The notes under the pieces: model-generated
Databases searched by the model: none
Told to the model about the DNA's origin: nothing
Seen by the model: only the letters and a program-made list of their open reading frames with translations
Source: a bacterium
GTDB lineage: Bacteria > UBA8248
Assembly (NCBI GenBank): GCA_965200245.1
Contig: CBDATS010000004.1
Coordinates: 640,001 to 704,000, forward strand
Direction: 5' to 3'
Length of the DNA stretch: 64,000 nt
Made by a program: the position numbers and the translations under genes
In this document: positions 63,616-64,000 of the stretch, in pieces
Layout: each line of letters starts with the position of its first letter
Numbering within the stretch: position 1 is the first letter of the stretch

Positions 63616-64000
63616 GGCCAGAATTTCCCCGAAGATATACGTCGTATTGTTCATGGATTTGAACCACCAGCGGAAAGAGATGCCCGAAATCGAGAACTCG
63701 GGGAAGCGGGCGAAGAATTCGTGTTCGAGGCCGAGAAACGCCGGCTACATGACATGGGCAGGAAAGACCTGTCCTCTCGTGTCTGTTGGATCTCCCGCGA
63801 CAGGGGAGACGGTTACGGCTACGACATCCTGTCCTTCCCTGGAACCGGCGAACAGGCAGAACGGGAAAGATGGCTGGAAATCAAAACCACAACCGGTCCT
63901 CAATCGACTCCTTTTTTCATCACGAGAAACGAACTGGAGGTTTCAGGGCGACACTCTGATATTTTCAGGATAATCAGGCTCTACGATTTCGGGCGCCAGG
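63616..64000 (+). pseudogene. DUF3883/NO VEIN C-terminal nuclease fragment (runs off window)
   Basis: RDARNRELGEAGEEFV...GDGYGYDILSF...LEIKTT...FFITRNE...RLYDF; N-terminus missing. Confidence 0.78.

Overview
GC-rich bacterial chromosomal segment. The backbone carries znuA, pyc, aceE, menaquinone genes (menG and UbiA/UbiD-type), gatC, pcrA, an unusual UDP-GlcNAc cluster, thiolase/DUF35/paaK, a DnaQ-GIY-YIG nuclease, tatBC, pyrF, ccdA, purA, hisZ, serA, ppk2, arfB and msrA. Three AT-richer accessory islands interrupt it (~0.9-3.0 kb, ~29.2-41.4 kb, ~58.1-64 kb), all rich in toxin-antitoxin (TA) genes and gene fragments. The most striking feature is a tightly packed minus-strand array (30.0-34.2 kb) of about a dozen 50-80 aa paralogous mini-genes in three families. 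They resemble the toxin-binding parts of type II antitoxins (HI1420/HigA-like N-terminus, DinJ/RelB-like tail, plus one HicB-like) without DNA-binding domains, and surround one intact YafQ-like RNase. Next to the array lies a decayed T4-like gp13 neck gene. A related antitoxin-YafQ cassette and another T4-like ORF occur in the first island, where a ~320-bp znuC/znuB piece is spliced into the phage-like ORF. All family assignments are by eye from motifs; no searches were run.
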